Below, piece by piece: positions 35,801-44,936 of a stretch of 64,000 nucleotides of DNA (its first letter is position 1; every line of letters begins with the position of its first letter). Under the pieces are notes generated by a model. It was given only the letters and a program-made list of their open reading frames with translations, did no database searches and was not told the origin of the DNA. Location: positions 2,334 through 66,333 of the forward strand of contig DFFT01000009.1 of NCBI GenBank assembly GCA_002372325.1, given 5' to 3'. Origin of the DNA: Succinivibrionaceae bacterium UBA3769 (GTDB lineage: Bacteria; Pseudomonadota; Gammaproteobacteria; Enterobacterales; Succinivibrionaceae). The position numbers were made by a program, and so were the translations under genes.

Positions 35801-36675
35801 CAGGAAAAACTCTCGTTAAGCCTGATCCGGCCCCAGGAATCAAAAGTCAGAATCGGTTTTTGGGTATCGTAGGACGGCAGATCCCGATCCTCGTTATCCT
35901 TAAGCTGAGCATCTGCAAGCTTGGCGGCGCGCTGCATGCATTCCTTCATCACGTCCCGGAGATTGGCCTGTATGTAACCTGCAGGAGACGGCTTGAAAAG
36001 TCCCACTATGGAATCGGTAAGCTCCGGAACTTCCTTAAAGGTGGCCTTTCTGAACTCGTCCATGGAGCTTGGCTGAAGTCCGGAATTCCGGGAGGAAATT
36101 ATTTCCGCCCAGGTGGGCATCTCGGATTCCTCTACCTGACCAATATTGACATCGCGCTTGGCAAGCTCGGCCACCAGATCCAGCCCCTTTAATTCAAAAA
36201 TAACAAACGGGTTGGCGTCAATCACCTGACTGAATTTATAGATTACCGCTGCAATATGCTTGCAGGGCACTGCGGTATCCGGACAGGAGCATGATGCCTT
36301 AAGATCGCTCCACTTTTCGGGAAAAATGTTTATCCCCTGCTCCTGAGCCAGAGTGTCAATCTCCGGCGCCAGTTCCCGCGCCGACAGACGCGCCAGAATC
36401 ACCGGGTTTTCGGCAATAGCATCCAGAAGACGCGTCTTTTCCTCCTCGGTGAATTTCGGGAGCCGGATTTTTACAGAATAGAACGGATCATACTGACCTT
36501 CAACCCGGGCCTTGATCATGTTCTGATCCGGATCCAGGTTCGGAGAATTAACCCTTCCTTCATTAGCGTAGGCAAAGCCGCGGGGAATGCGGTTTTCGTA
36601 ATCGATACCGGTAAGGGCATTAAGCCATCTTTCACCCCACCAAGTTGTGCCGTATTCATTTTTTGCAAGCGTCAT
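32845..36675 (-). CDS. SWIM zinc finger - SNF2/SWI2 helicase fusion
   Basis: N-terminal TWWG and CSCPD..PCKH SWIM motif; LADDMGLGKT, DEAQNIKN, SGTPVEN, WWNPAVEDQATDRAYRIGQ. Confidence 0.92.
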   Translation of the reverse strand: MTLAKNEYGTTWWGERWLNALTGIDYENRIPRGFAYANEGRVNSPNLDPDQNMIKARVEGQYDPFYSVKIRLPKFTEEEKTRLLDAIAENPVILARLSARELAPEIDTLAQEQGINIFPEKWSDLKASCSCPDTAVPCKHIAAVIYKFSQVIDANPFVIFELKGLDLVAELAKRDVNIGQVEESEMPTWAEIISSRNSGLQPSSMDEFRKATFKEVPELTDSIVGLFKPSPAGYIQANLRDVMKECMQRAAKLADAQLKDNEDRDLPSYDTQKPILTFDSWGRIRLNESFSWKTYSMENSGREASVYPFAVWKEKYDGAAYYEMFSGAINQKALEIAPVEIEALYNAWVLAAKLVKSGALIPQIYEPVDDFFAVRWIPAVMSKEVRDIVTAVGRFFMTIDNTVISVARRPENMNPYVLGEMILSMYLGSYITKAFIELHDDYASEDLPLECQSIFLGKLVDLEEGFHARESVKKRLESWIAPIYLQNLKVQPVIILEDQSAAALAEVINEARTVYETESDGDADIDLESSPVYQADRGEVVTAPEADEEDLTEAKKGHRKGLFDNTAGIQISMGFNRLDQQGTPEDTFIPLSEIIENREYQKIRFECLRTVARLSSVCPPLTELLENRGGVGIIALDDLAPIIQSTIPAMKILGVRLIVPKALKSVIYPKSSMTVSMRDRWDDGTGFTGITDLLDFDWSIALGDRSISPEEFADLRLHEGKVVRFGESFVYVDPALTSRIAKKLAGGSQAPGKQRLMAAALTGRFGEDNVAITKELRDCLQNILSEKSIEVPPTFKAQLRPYQLRGYSWLTKNLRTMMGSILADDMGLGKTVQVIAAIEKLRYDGELRDKQVLVAVPVSLLVSWDKELAKFAPELRVNTFYTERDLSKPADVVLTSYGVLRSENKLFQKLKLRLIVIDEAQNIKNTRSQIFKVVRSIKADSMIAMSGTPVENRLLEYWSIMDFANPGLLGSAEAFKREFANPIERTRDPAAVKSFKLITAPFIMRRLKSDKSIISDLPDKIVIDKYCTLTPEQVALYQEKVNHSMLVMEELDSLQRSSVVLNLIRSLKMICNAPAHYSQEDSHQDARYSGKMEVLFDLLDDMFENNKKCLIFTQFKVMGDLLQKWIEERTGFRPEFIHGGLSASERAAMVDKFQNRRDERCMILSLKAAGTGLTLTAASAVIHYDLWWNPAVEDQATDRAYRIGQKENVQVYRLICANTFEEKINDIIKSKKDLADIAINVGEKWIGDLSNRQIEEIFAFSTEEAEKEKAQKDRRF

Positions 36676-37006
36676 TTTGTAAAAATTCCATAAACTCTCA
36701 AATCAGTATGATCCGTTCACATCCCTCGCAGCACCATGCCGCTATAACTTCGGGGGGCCAAAACTTCGGACGACCAAATACCAGTGAAAGCGCAAATATT
36801 GCGGGATGTGAAAGCAGGGACGGGTAATTTTATCCCATATTGAGACATCAAAAAAGGGGACTGTTCCCGAAATGAAATGAACACATTTTTCCGATGTTTT
36901 GCCTGGCAGCGCTTTTCCGGACTCTGGGGATTGAAAGAAAGGCATCAGTTCTAAAGTCGGCGCTATTGGCCTTTACAAAATTCCATGGCATTGCCTGCTC
37001 ATGAAT

Positions 37007-37129
37007 GAGTCTGGTACAAAAAGTGAAAACAGGCCATTTTGCGATAACACGAATAGTTAAAACAAAGGCTTCGCTCCTTTGATTTACTCCTTTAAATTTT
37101 ATTCAAAACCGACTTTTTGCACCGCGCTC
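37007..37129. mobile_element. Putative 123-bp MITE or internally deleted IS remnant
   Basis: Imperfect terminal inverted repeats GAGTCTGGTACAAAAAGTG / GAGCGCGGTGCAAAAAGTC (14 of 19 match); no ORF inside. Confidence 0.45.
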
Positions 37130-37169
37130 CTAAATGAATTTAGGGTAACTCAATGTAATCACTATCATG

Positions 37170-37928
37170 CTAATAAACTTTCTTCAGCAACTCAAACTGT
37201 TCACACACCTGACAATTTTCCCATGGAACAGCTTTAACCAGAGAATCCAGAGTTCCAAAAGCTCTATCAGGATAAATCACAGAGATCACAACTCCCAGTT
37301 TGGCCTTAATCTTCTCTCTTGTCTTTTGCAAATAACATTCTGATTCAAGCTCATCAATGAAGGTTCCTGACTGCTTAACAACCGATTCGTTATCCTTGCT
37401 CTGCTTTGCAATTTCATCAACAAGAAACGTTTCTAAAGTTCCAAAGCTATCCCGGGGGATCAGCAGATATGCCATCTGTACTTTTACAGCGGTGGCAAAA
37501 TCACTGTTAAATTCAACCATAGACCATTGATTGGCGGTCAGAGATTCAGAGAGTAACCGTTCACCCAAAACTGAACCGATGGCATTCTTAATTCCGCTTA
37601 ATCTATCGTCGGCCGCTGATGCATCATCATAATCAGTCAGAACAATCACATTGTCGATTAAATGTTCTCTTGTTTCTCTGTCAAAGATGCGGGAAATTGC
37701 TTTAACAAAATTATCGCATCCTCTGACCTGCCAGATCCCCCTGTATTCATTTTGCGCATTCTCATACCATGATATACTATTACCAGCAAACGCAAATGGG
37801 TTGTTCTTTTTAAAAAAGACTTTATTTGTTTCCGGACTAAGCGGGCTCCATAAGGCAACTTTTTCAAGATAATTGCCAAGCAGGCTTTGATCAGTTTTAC
37901 CTTCACAAAGAATAATGCTCATACCCAT
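37170..37928 (-). CDS. TOPRIM-like (DUF3226-type) protein, partner of the upstream ATPase
   Basis: IILCEGKTD and VLTDYDD (TOPRIM Glu and DxD), GTLETFL; start lies 1 nt after the ATPase stop; AT-rich. Confidence 0.65.
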   Translation of the reverse strand: MGMSIILCEGKTDQSLLGNYLEKVALWSPLSPETNKVFFKKNNPFAFAGNSISWYENAQNEYRGIWQVRGCDNFVKAISRIFDRETREHLIDNVIVLTDYDDASAADDRLSGIKNAIGSVLGERLLSESLTANQWSMVEFNSDFATAVKVQMAYLLIPRDSFGTLETFLVDEIAKQSKDNESVVKQSGTFIDELESECYLQKTREKIKAKLGVVISVIYPDRAFGTLDSLVKAVPWENCQVCEQFELLKKVY

Positions 37929-37929
37929 A

Positions 37930-39036
37930 TTACCGCAACTCCAGATTATAATTTCCCCTGACCTCGACAGCTTCACGTGCATTCATGGTTCGTGACGTAA
38001 TTCCATCTACAGTATCTTTAAGAGTTATAACCCTTATTTTATCCATCTTATCATTTCGTTTATCATTGACCGCATCAAGAAATGCATCAACAAATTCAAT
38101 GTTATGGGTTGTTACAAAAAGCTGAACCCCGTTCTTCAAAGCATAATCTACAAGATTTACCGAAAACTCGGCCTGTGCCTTATAATGGAGGCCTGTATCA
38201 ATTTCATCTATGCAGATTATTGAATTCTTATACAGTATCATTATACCTAATATATAAAACCATCTTTGAACACCGTCTCCGCATGCATATAACGGTAATA
38301 CTTTATCACCACTCATTATTACCGAAACAGGTGCCGTAGAACCGTCAGGATATGGAATCATGTCAAATCCCAAAATATCAGGAAACACCTTTTTTAACTC
38401 GTCAGTAAATTTCTGTAATTTTTGTTCTCTCTTAAGGGCCGAATAGATTTGCTGGTTATCTAATATTATAGTATGCGACCATAAATCAATAAATTTCACC
38501 GGTCGATAGAATTTTGATGCAATTAGATTTGCAGGAATCGTAATATCAGTGATGACTGATTGTTCCCCTTGTGTAATCTGCCATTTAGCAATCAATTTTG
38601 TCTGATTGCTGTTCATTTGATTTGAGTTCACTGTCAGTTCTGAAGAAAGTAATGAATTTTGATTATTATATTGATATGAAGAATTATATACTCCAAGCAA
38701 ATCTGACGGCCAGATAGCGTGTTCAAAGCAAACCTGTTCTCCGTCAAACTGCCCTTCAAATGACATTTTCATCGGGACATTTTGAGCATCATTCACTGCA
38801 GATAGAAGTTCCTCCATGACCCAGAACGGTTGCTGAATGAAACCATATCTGCCTCTTGAAAGCGGGATATTAACAAAAGAACCAGCATTGCAACCGCAAC
38901 ACCATACATAAACAGCTTCTAAAAATGAGGTCTTACCCACATTATTATCACCAAGCACAATATTGATATTTGCTAAATCAAAGACAGTAAAATCATTGTA
39001 CTTTCTAAAACCTTTCACATTTAATTTTTCTAGCAT
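37930..39036 (-). CDS. ABC-type AAA_15/AAA_21 ATPase
   Basis: GDNNVGKTS Walker A, CGDG signature, ICIDEIDTGLH Walker B/D-loop, FVTTHN; start moved to MLEKLNV. Confidence 0.88.
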   Translation of the reverse strand: MLEKLNVKGFRKYNDFTVFDLANINIVLGDNNVGKTSFLEAVYVWCCGCNAGSFVNIPLSRGRYGFIQQPFWVMEELLSAVNDAQNVPMKMSFEGQFDGEQVCFEHAIWPSDLLGVYNSSYQYNNQNSLLSSELTVNSNQMNSNQTKLIAKWQITQGEQSVITDITIPANLIASKFYRPVKFIDLWSHTIILDNQQIYSALKREQKLQKFTDELKKVFPDILGFDMIPYPDGSTAPVSVIMSGDKVLPLYACGDGVQRWFYILGIMILYKNSIICIDEIDTGLHYKAQAEFSVNLVDYALKNGVQLFVTTHNIEFVDAFLDAVNDKRNDKMDKIRVITLKDTVDGITSRTMNAREAVEVRGNYNLELR

Positions 39037-39173
39037 AGTTAAACTCACCCTCTCAAGGTTCAATAACCGGCTCCTGTCTATCCTGCGATCCCGGTTTGCC
39101 ATTAACTTATCAGCCAAAAGCAGCTTTTTCAGCCATGCTAAAAAAAGCTCTGCCCTTTGATTTCAAGTTATTT

Positions 39174-40529
39174 TCACCTTGATAGCAGAACTACCGTCTC
39201 AACATGTTCCGTGTTCGGAAACATATTGAAAGCGCTCCATTTCTCAAAAACATACCCGTTTTCCAGAAGAGGCTTCAAATCCCGGATCATGGTCAGGGGA
39301 TTGCACGAAACATAAACCACCCGGGGCACCTTCTTTCTGATAAGATGCTGCATAACCTTGTCGGCGCCCTGCCTGCCAGGATCCAAAAGCACCTTGTTCA
39401 CCTGACTTTTGGCCCAGACGGTCTTCTCAAAATCATCGGAAAGATCCTGGAGGATAAACTCCGCATTGGAAATCCCTAAAGCCTCGGCATTCATCCGAGC
39501 TTCCTGAACCATGTTTTTTACCACCTCAATGCCGTATACATGCTTCACCTTCCCGGCCAGTGCCAATGCAAAATTTCCGCCTCCTGAAAACAGATCCCAA
39601 ATCTCATCATCGGGAGAGGGATCCAGATATTCCGTCACCGCAGCCACCATCCGGGCATTCATTTCGCCGTTAACCTGGATGAAATCCCCGGGAGTGAATG
39701 ACACCTTTACCCCGGCATCGTCATACCAGAGCCGCTCTCCCCCGAAAATCTCCGGATTAAGAAACTTGAGCTCTTCCCTCTGCACAAGGTCTTCCCGGCC
39801 CTTTTCATGACGGATCTGGAGGTACACGGCCGTTTTCTCCCGGTTCCCGAATTCCCGGAAAAGCTCCTCATCGCATTCCGGAAGCACGTTGATGGTTCTT
39901 ACCAAAACTGCTGTGCCATTGTTGCCGGAAACCAGCTCCAGATGCCCGATAAGCTTGTAGTTGGAAAGCTTAAGAAGAGTCTCCCGGAGGGGAGTGATCA
40001 AATGCGAAAGCTCCTCCTTCAGCACCGGACACTCGGTGATTTCAACGATTTTGCTGTTCTTCTCCTGACGGAAGCCCAGGTGAATTTCCCGGCGATCCCC
40101 CTGAACAGACAGCCTCAGGGATCTCCGATAGCCGTAACGGGCGCCGGTTTCCGCTCTGTCCGGTTCCGGAATTTCCAGCCGAAACACCTTGTTCATCAGT
40201 CTCCTGATGCCGTTAACCTTGCAGAGAAGCTCCTCCCTTTCCGACATATGCTGGAGACTGCATCCGCCGCATTTCCCGAAATACCGGCAGACCGGCTCCT
40301 GTCTTTCCGGAGAACGCTTAAGAACATTGATAAGCTCCGCCTCGCCCACATTGCCCTTCCGGGAAAGCTCCCTGACCACCACCTCCTCCCCTGGCAGAGC
40401 CCCGGACACAAACCAGGTGACGTCCTCCCTTTTGCCCAGCCCCTTTCCTTTGATATCGGCATCGGTAATCACCACCGAAAAATGCTTGGGAGATGCTTTT
40501 TTTGCTTCAGGCTTATAAAACTTGACCAT
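39174..40529 (-). CDS. rlmD: 23S rRNA m5U1939 methyltransferase
   Basis: TRAM-like N-terminus, C..FGKCGGC Fe-S motif, FIQVN, LDPGRQG, YVSCNP, FPNTEHVE; divergent from barA. Confidence 0.93.
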   Translation of the reverse strand: MVKFYKPEAKKASPKHFSVVITDADIKGKGLGKREDVTWFVSGALPGEEVVVRELSRKGNVGEAELINVLKRSPERQEPVCRYFGKCGGCSLQHMSEREELLCKVNGIRRLMNKVFRLEIPEPDRAETGARYGYRRSLRLSVQGDRREIHLGFRQEKNSKIVEITECPVLKEELSHLITPLRETLLKLSNYKLIGHLELVSGNNGTAVLVRTINVLPECDEELFREFGNREKTAVYLQIRHEKGREDLVQREELKFLNPEIFGGERLWYDDAGVKVSFTPGDFIQVNGEMNARMVAAVTEYLDPSPDDEIWDLFSGGGNFALALAGKVKHVYGIEVVKNMVQEARMNAEALGISNAEFILQDLSDDFEKTVWAKSQVNKVLLDPGRQGADKVMQHLIRKKVPRVVYVSCNPLTMIRDLKPLLENGYVFEKWSAFNMFPNTEHVETVVLLSR

Positions 40530-40721
40530 AAACGGAGACCTTATGACTTTACAGAGCAGCGGGGAGAGAACCGAAGAACGCAAACCCGCCCGTTGTTTTT
40601 GCTTTAATAAATGGTTTAATCAAGGCTATTCTTGTTAAAATTGCACTAAGCTTTTGACAGATTATACCGTAAAAACCCCCGGGGCTGCCCCTGCTGCGTT
40701 TTTCCCAAGCTGAAGGTTCCC

Positions 40722-43697
40722 ATGAACAGACACGGCCTCCGCACAAGAATTCTGCTGTTTTCCATACTGCCGGTATTTCTGGTAGGCGTCGGACTCGCCA
40801 CCTTCTTTACCATTACCAGCTATCTGAACATCAATAACCGCCTTGTCCATGAAGGAGAGCAGATCATCTATCCCCTGAGCACCAATCTGAGCTTTGCCAT
40901 CCAGCAAAAAAAACAGGCCATGGTACAGGGGCTCATCAACGAGGCCTTCCGTCAGAACAGCGCCAAAATCCTCGCCATCGCGGTCTATGATCGCCACAAC
41001 AAAATGATGGCCACCTCCAACATTTCCCCGGAAATGAACTATCTGGATCTTGAGAGCGCTGAAAAGCCCTTCATCTCCAGCATGAACACCGTGGAATACC
41101 GCAATGACGGCTTTATCATGAGAATGCCCATATACGCCTATGACGAAGCCAGTCTCATGACTCTTTATGACACCGAGTTATCACAGGACAGCAAGGAAAG
41201 CAATAAAGCCGCTGAAATAGCCGATCCCCAGATAAATTATCCCCGGCCCCTGGCGGGATATGTCAGCATTTATATCCTGTCCGAAAGCGCCATCATAAAA
41301 TCCCATACTGACCTTATTATCACCCTCTGTCTGATACTCACCGGCATTCTGGTGGCCCTGCTGTTCGGCATTAACCTCAACAGCGTGATTGTGGATCCCA
41401 TAAACAAGCTCAGCGCTACCATTTATGCCATAAGAGAGGGCAATGTTAACGTCAAGGTTGACGGCACCATGCTGGGAGAGCTGGAAAGGCTGCGCTCCTA
41501 TATCAACACCATGACCAGCGCCATGCAGGAGTTCAGAAACGAAATGCAGTACAGCGTGGATACGGCCACCAACGACCTCCGCAAGACGCTGGATCGCTTC
41601 GAGGAGCAGAACGAAGCCCTTAAAAAGGCAAATTCCGATGCCACCATGGCCACTCGGGCAAAATCTGAATTCCTGGCCAATATGTCTCATGAGCTCAGAA
41701 CCCCGCTGAACGGCATTATCGGCTTCGCCAAGCAGCTGAAAAAGCAGGCGGCCACCAGCACCCAGACAGAGTATCTGACCACCATTGAGGGCTGCGCCCG
41801 GAATCTCCTCAGCATTGTGAACAACATTTTGGACTATACCAAACTGGAATCCGGCAAGCTGACTCTGGAGGATATCCCCATCTCCATTAAGAAAATCTCC
41901 TACGAGGTGATCCGCATCCTGACTCCGGCAGCCCACGAGGCCGGACTGGAGCTTACGGCTACCATCGACAAGTCGGTACCGGAAAATCTCATGGGAGATC
42001 CTCTCAGAATCGGCCAGATCCTGACCAACCTCATTGGCAATGCCGTAAAATTCACCAAAACCGGCAACGTAGCCCTGATAATCGAACCGGATCCTTCCAG
42101 AAAAAGCACCCTGAACTCCTGCTGGATCAGATGTGAGGTGCGGGATACCGGTATCGGCATTACCGAGGCGCAGCAGATGAAGCTCTTCTCGGCATTCAAC
42201 CAGGCAGATGCCTCCATCGCCAGAAAGTACGGCGGCACCGGCCTCGGCCTGGTTATCACCAAGCACCTTATTGAAGAAATGCACGGACAGATCAGCGTCT
42301 CCTCCTCCAAGGGCAAAGGAACCACCTTTGCCTTCAACCTGGAGCTCAAGAAGGGAGAGCTTTCCAGGCTCCCGGTGCCGAAAGAGCTGGACAGCCTGAC
42401 CCACCGCCAGATCGTCCTAGTGGAAGCCAATACCTGGGTCAGGGAATCTCTTAAGAAAATGCTGGAGGACTGGCATCTCAACGTTATCCCCCTGTCCCAG
42501 CTGGCTCCGGTGGCATCCCTCCCGGATCGTGATGAATGCCGCTACCTCATTATCGGGCTCAGCAAGAATTTTGATTACAACCACTTCTATGCCGACTTTA
42601 CAAACCTTTCCCTGAAAAAGCTTGACCGGGTGGTGATTGCGGTAAACACCATGGACGAGATGGTAAAACAGAAGCTTAGCAGGCTCTCCCCCAAAGTCTC
42701 GGTGATTTCAAAGCCCGTAATTCCTGAAAACCTCCTGGATGCCCTGACAGGAATTACGGAGGAGAATGCCTTAGAGGAAGCTCCGGCCGGCGTTTACACC
42801 ATTAAAAACGGCTCGACCGATTATTCCCGGATTCTGGAAACCGCCGCCCCGGCGCCTGATGCCGGCATCAGCATCGCCGACCGGCACCGGCTTCTTCCGG
42901 CTACTGTTCTCGCCGTGGACGACAACCGGGCCAACCTTCTCCTTATAAAAACCCTGCTTTCGGAAATGGCCTCCAATATCTACACCGCGGAAAGCGGCGA
43001 GGAAGCGGTGGAGCTTTGTCTCCATACGGAATTTGACCTTATCTTTATGGATATCCAAATGCCGCGGATGGACGGTCTGGAGACCATGAAGAATATCCGG
43101 GAGTCCACCCAGAATCAAAACACACCGGTGGTGGCTGTTACCGCTCTGGCGGTGCCTGAGGAGCAGGAGCGTTTTATCAAGGAAGGCATGAGCGATGTGC
43201 TGTCAAAACCGCTGGATGAGAGCGCTCTCCGGAATCTGGTGCATAAATACTGCGGCGCCAAAGGAGCGGCTCTGGCTCAGAATACCGGCTCATTTCCGGC
43301 AGAAAATGATCGGCCGGAGCCTGAGACCTCCGGGAGCGCAGAAGATGCCAACGCCATCTGGACTCTGACTGCGGCCCTGAAGGTTTCCGCTAACAAGAAG
43401 GATCTGGCTCGGGAAATGCTGACCATGCTCCTGGACTCCCTGCCGGAATTCCGGGAAAATCTGTCCCGCCGGGAAGATATTCCCTCTTTGGAGCTGGCTA
43501 AGATCATTCATAAATTCGCCGGTTCTGCCGTATACAGCGGCATGCCCGGCATTAAGAAGCTGTGTAACACCATTGAATCAATTCTCCGGGAAACCCAGAG
43601 CCAGGAGGAATGCGAACCCGAGCTTCTGGAGCTGGAGGATAACCTGGATCGCATTGAAAAGGAAAGTCCGGCATGGCTGAAACTGCTGGAGTCATAG
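40722..43697 (+). CDS. barA: Hybrid sensor kinase BarA/GacS
   Basis: Two transmembrane segments, HAMP, FLANMSHELRTPLN, G-boxes, receiver (MDIQMP), HPt (HKFAGS); synteny with rlmD. Confidence 0.9.
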   Translation: MNRHGLRTRILLFSILPVFLVGVGLATFFTITSYLNINNRLVHEGEQIIYPLSTNLSFAIQQKKQAMVQGLINEAFRQNSAKILAIAVYDRHNKMMATSNISPEMNYLDLESAEKPFISSMNTVEYRNDGFIMRMPIYAYDEASLMTLYDTELSQDSKESNKAAEIADPQINYPRPLAGYVSIYILSESAIIKSHTDLIITLCLILTGILVALLFGINLNSVIVDPINKLSATIYAIREGNVNVKVDGTMLGELERLRSYINTMTSAMQEFRNEMQYSVDTATNDLRKTLDRFEEQNEALKKANSDATMATRAKSEFLANMSHELRTPLNGIIGFAKQLKKQAATSTQTEYLTTIEGCARNLLSIVNNILDYTKLESGKLTLEDIPISIKKISYEVIRILTPAAHEAGLELTATIDKSVPENLMGDPLRIGQILTNLIGNAVKFTKTGNVALIIEPDPSRKSTLNSCWIRCEVRDTGIGITEAQQMKLFSAFNQADASIARKYGGTGLGLVITKHLIEEMHGQISVSSSKGKGTTFAFNLELKKGELSRLPVPKELDSLTHRQIVLVEANTWVRESLKKMLEDWHLNVIPLSQLAPVASLPDRDECRYLIIGLSKNFDYNHFYADFTNLSLKKLDRVVIAVNTMDEMVKQKLSRLSPKVSVISKPVIPENLLDALTGITEENALEEAPAGVYTIKNGSTDYSRILETAAPAPDAGISIADRHRLLPATVLAVDDNRANLLLIKTLLSEMASNIYTAESGEEAVELCLHTEFDLIFMDIQMPRMDGLETMKNIRESTQNQNTPVVAVTALAVPEEQERFIKEGMSDVLSKPLDESALRNLVHKYCGAKGAALAQNTGSFPAENDRPEPETSGSAEDANAIWTLTAALKVSANKKDLAREMLTMLLDSLPEFRENLSRREDIPSLELAKIIHKFAGSAVYSGMPGIKKLCNTIESILRETQSQEECEPELLELEDNLDRIEKESPAWLKLLES

Positions 43698-43720
43698 CAT
43701 TTCACCGGTAAAAGCCCGAT

Positions 43721-43773
43721 AAAAAGAAAACGGAGAAGAACCAGCAGTCTCGTGCCTCTTCTCCGTCTTGTTT
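43721..43773. terminator. Probable bidirectional terminator between barA and recO
   Basis: ACGGAGAAGA...TCTTCTCCGT stem with flanking A- and T-rich runs. Confidence 0.6.
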
Positions 43774-43821
43774 GCGTCAGATCCCCGCTGGCTTTGCTGT
43801 CAGCTCTGCAGCGGAAATTAT

Positions 43822-44931
43822 TCAGAGATCAAAGTTTATGTCCCGATCCTGAGATGTTTCTTCTGACTGGCTTTCTGATTCGCACCCGGAAGGATTTTCC
43901 GGAGATGCATTTTCACAAGGAACATTGTCAGGCTCAGCCTCAGCTTCGGAGCATTCCGGACTGGCCGGAGGATCGCTTTCCCCTGACTCCGGAGAAACCT
44001 CGGGAGCTTCCGGAGGAACATCTGCCTGAACTTGGTTAACGTTCTCCTGGAGAGATTCCGGACAGCTGGCAGCCGTAAGCGCAGCGGCCTCCGTTTCCGT
44101 TCCGGCGGAATTTTCAGATTCAGCATCAGCTTCCGGTTCCGCAGACTTGCTGCTGTCTGTCTTCTGATTACGGGGCACGGCCAAAGCGCCTTTTCCCACA
44201 TTGAGATAATCCCGGTAAAGCTCTCTGCTGTAAAGCACCTTCCCGTCCAGCAAAGTGTCCAGATTCTTCTTGATAAGATTCTTCATGGACTGCATGGCGT
44301 GAGGGGATAGATTCTCCCCGGTTCTGAGAGCAATGATATCGGCGCCGTTATAGGCATCGCACATGGAAATGCTGCCAATCATCTCCGGCATGATTTCCCG
44401 GAATCCGGTGCCGCTCTGATAGAGATACCACTTTCTGGGCATAATAGGAGCGCCGGAATCAGCTTCCGAACTCAGATCGATGCCGTAGCCCAGCTCCTCC
44501 AGAAGAGCCAGCTCAAACTGCCGGAGCGTCCAGGATTCGGGATAGCCCTCCTCCAGACGCGTTAAAGCATCAAGATAGGCGGCAAAAAGAATCTGACTGC
44601 TGTCCTCGATTTTATAAAGGGCTGCCAGAAGCTCATTAACATACAGAGCGGAAAACAGCACCGGGGGAAGATACTGAAACTGCCGGCCGCTGACCTCGCA
44701 GCGGGCCAGTGTTTTCAGGGACTTATCCGTGCCGCTCAGGGTCAGCTTCAGAGGCACAAAAACCTGCAAAGCCGCCTTCAGGCTGCTTCTCTTGCTTTTA
44801 GCGCCCCGGGCGACAAACGATATTCTCCCGAAATCAGCGGTAATGGCATCCACCAGAAGTGAATTCTCCTGATACGGTACGGCATGGAGGACGAACCCCA
44901 CAGTATTTTTTTGATTTGCTTTACTGTACAT
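43822..44931 (-). CDS. recO: DNA repair protein RecO with an acidic C-terminal extension
   Basis: GFVLH..PYQENSL, LYVNELL, LRQFELALLEELGYG; follows era. Confidence 0.92.
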   Translation of the reverse strand: MYSKANQKNTVGFVLHAVPYQENSLLVDAITADFGRISFVARGAKSKRSSLKAALQVFVPLKLTLSGTDKSLKTLARCEVSGRQFQYLPPVLFSALYVNELLAALYKIEDSSQILFAAYLDALTRLEEGYPESWTLRQFELALLEELGYGIDLSSEADSGAPIMPRKWYLYQSGTGFREIMPEMIGSISMCDAYNGADIIALRTGENLSPHAMQSMKNLIKKNLDTLLDGKVLYSRELYRDYLNVGKGALAVPRNQKTDSSKSAEPEADAESENSAGTETEAAALTAASCPESLQENVNQVQADVPPEAPEVSPESGESDPPASPECSEAEAEPDNVPCENASPENPSGCESESQSEETSQDRDINFDL

Positions 44932-44936
44932 TTAAA

